Of a stretch of DNA of 64,000 nucleotides, positions 63,309-64,000 are shown piece after piece. Position 1 is the first letter of the stretch; every line of letters begins with the position of its first letter. Under the pieces are notes generated by a model, which had not been told where the DNA came from, made no database searches, and saw only the letters and a list, made by a program, of their open reading frames with translations. The DNA is from Candidatus Doudnabacteria bacterium (lineage in GTDB: Bacteria; Patescibacteriota; Doudnabacteria; UBA920). The position numbers were made by a program, and so were the translations under genes. The stretch spans positions 318,305 through 382,304 of the forward strand of contig CAVYGQ010000001.1 of assembly GCA_963768175.1 (NCBI GenBank), read 5' to 3'.

Positions 63309-63394
63309 TTATCCACGAATTCACTAATTATCACGAATTACACAAAACGATTATTCGTGAAATTAGTAAAAATTCGTGAATTAGTGGAGAACGT

Positions 63395-63676
63395 ATGGCA
63401 CATAAAAAAGCAGGCGGCAGTACAGCACTAGGCCGCGATAGCGTATCCAAAAGATTAGGCGTTAAGATTTTCGGCAACCAAGCCGTCAAATGTGGCCAAA
63501 TAATTGTCCGCCAAAAAGGCACCAAATACCACCCCGGCAAGAATGTTGGCATTGGCGGCGACTCCACCCTGTATTCTCTGGCCGATGGATTGGTCCAATT
63601 CCAACACAAGATGACTAAACGCTTCCACGGCAATTTGCGCAAGACCAAGATTGTAAACGTGGTACCTGCCAAATAG
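63395..63676 (+). CDS. rpmA: 50S ribosomal protein L27
   Basis: [29 protein letters not shown]...[24 protein letters not shown] is a near-canonical L27. Confidence 0.9.
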   Translation: MAHKKAGGSTALGRDSVSKRLGVKIFGNQAVKCGQIIVRQKGTKYHPGKNVGIGGDSTLYSLADGLVQFQHKMTKRFHGNLRKTKIVNVVPAK

Positions 63677-63767
63677 GTCTTATACGACCAATCCGACCGA
63701 TTTTAAGCCCCGTCACTTAAGCGGGGCTTTATGTTTGGCTATCGTCTCTCTTAAAAACTTTTCAATC

Positions 63768-63989
63768 TCACCATTCGGAAAATCTAAAAATTCCGGAGGT
63801 ATTGCGCCAGACCCCCCCACATAACGAATGGTAAAGCATGCAGTGTTGGTATTCTTCAGGATATTTGGCATGTATTTCTCTTGCCTTTGCCTTGCATTCT
63901 TCCCATAAACCCAGATGATATAATTCCCGCCGTAAGGAATCTAATTCTTTAAATTTTTGCAATTGCTCGTCCTCTGGAAATTCTCCCAT
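63768..63989 (-). CDS. Hypothetical small protein
   Basis: 73-aa ORF at the window edge. Confidence 0.25.
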   Translation of the reverse strand: MGEFPEDEQLQKFKELDSLRRELYHLGLWEECKAKAREIHAKYPEEYQHCMLYHSLCGGVWRNTSGIFRFSEW

Positions 63990-64000
63990 AAATCAACTTC

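Noticed and set aside
1-64000. Transposase, integrase or prophage content
   Set aside because: No ORF shows DDE, tyrosine-recombinase or phage structural motifs. Mobility signals are limited to the small palindromic elements.

Overview
This is a 64 kb AT-rich bacterial window, about 40% GC overall with local GC-rich patches. Nearly all genes are short, there are many small membrane or secreted proteins of unknown function, and a four-helix-bundle protein gene sits beside tRNAs. This pattern fits a small-genome, Patescibacteria/CPR-like organism, but that lineage call is inference only.

I call about 85 CDS, 4 tRNAs and a pseudo-tRNA fragment. I found no rRNA, no CRISPR array, and no integrase or transposase.

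Main blocks:
- **0-3 kb:** a TPR protein, tRNA-Thr(GGU), a SAM-dependent methyltransferase and small membrane proteins.
- **3-13 kb:** a defence-like island. It holds an NYN-domain protein, a RadC/JAB protein and a Phd/YefM-RelE/ParE toxin-antitoxin pair. Then comes a complete type I restriction-modification operon (hsdR, hsdM, hsdS) with a Shedu-like PD-(D/E)xK protein and a small membrane protein embedded in it, followed by a small nuclease-like protein.
- **13-18 kb:** small genes, including two ArsR-type regulators and a TspO-like protein. Their intergenic regions share two palindromic motif families.
- **18-24 kb:** an ECF sigma factor, two membrane proteins and a MacA/MacB-like tripartite efflux system.
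- **24-36 kb:** PAP2-like and VIT-family membrane proteins, tRNA-Tyr, a beta-carbonic-anhydrase-like protein, adenosylhomocysteinase and secreted proteins. A membrane-anchored NERD and DUF2726 nuclease-like pair follows.
- **36-64 kb:** tRNA-Trp, tRNA-Thr(UGU) and housekeeping genes: gpmI, an ABC exporter, a sugar transferase, rarA, queA, hup, mltG, fmt, def, gltX, a cysteine desulfurase and rpmA.

The most unusual signal is a family of GC-rich perfect palindromic DNA elements inserted in-frame inside conserved housekeeping genes. Three copies of one element encode GGSA(F/S)GG in ahcY, fmt and a THUMP methyltransferase; further singleton palindromes sit in-frame in other CDSs. This resembles Rickettsia-palindromic-element-style selfish DNA.

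Other notable signals are conserved 5' leader RNA motifs, a repeated 26-bp palindromic operator in front of consecutive genes, a pervasive architecture of tandem-repeat composite palindromes in promoter regions, and several candidate small RNAs.

All calls come from reading the sequence and the supplied ORF translations; no database searches were run.
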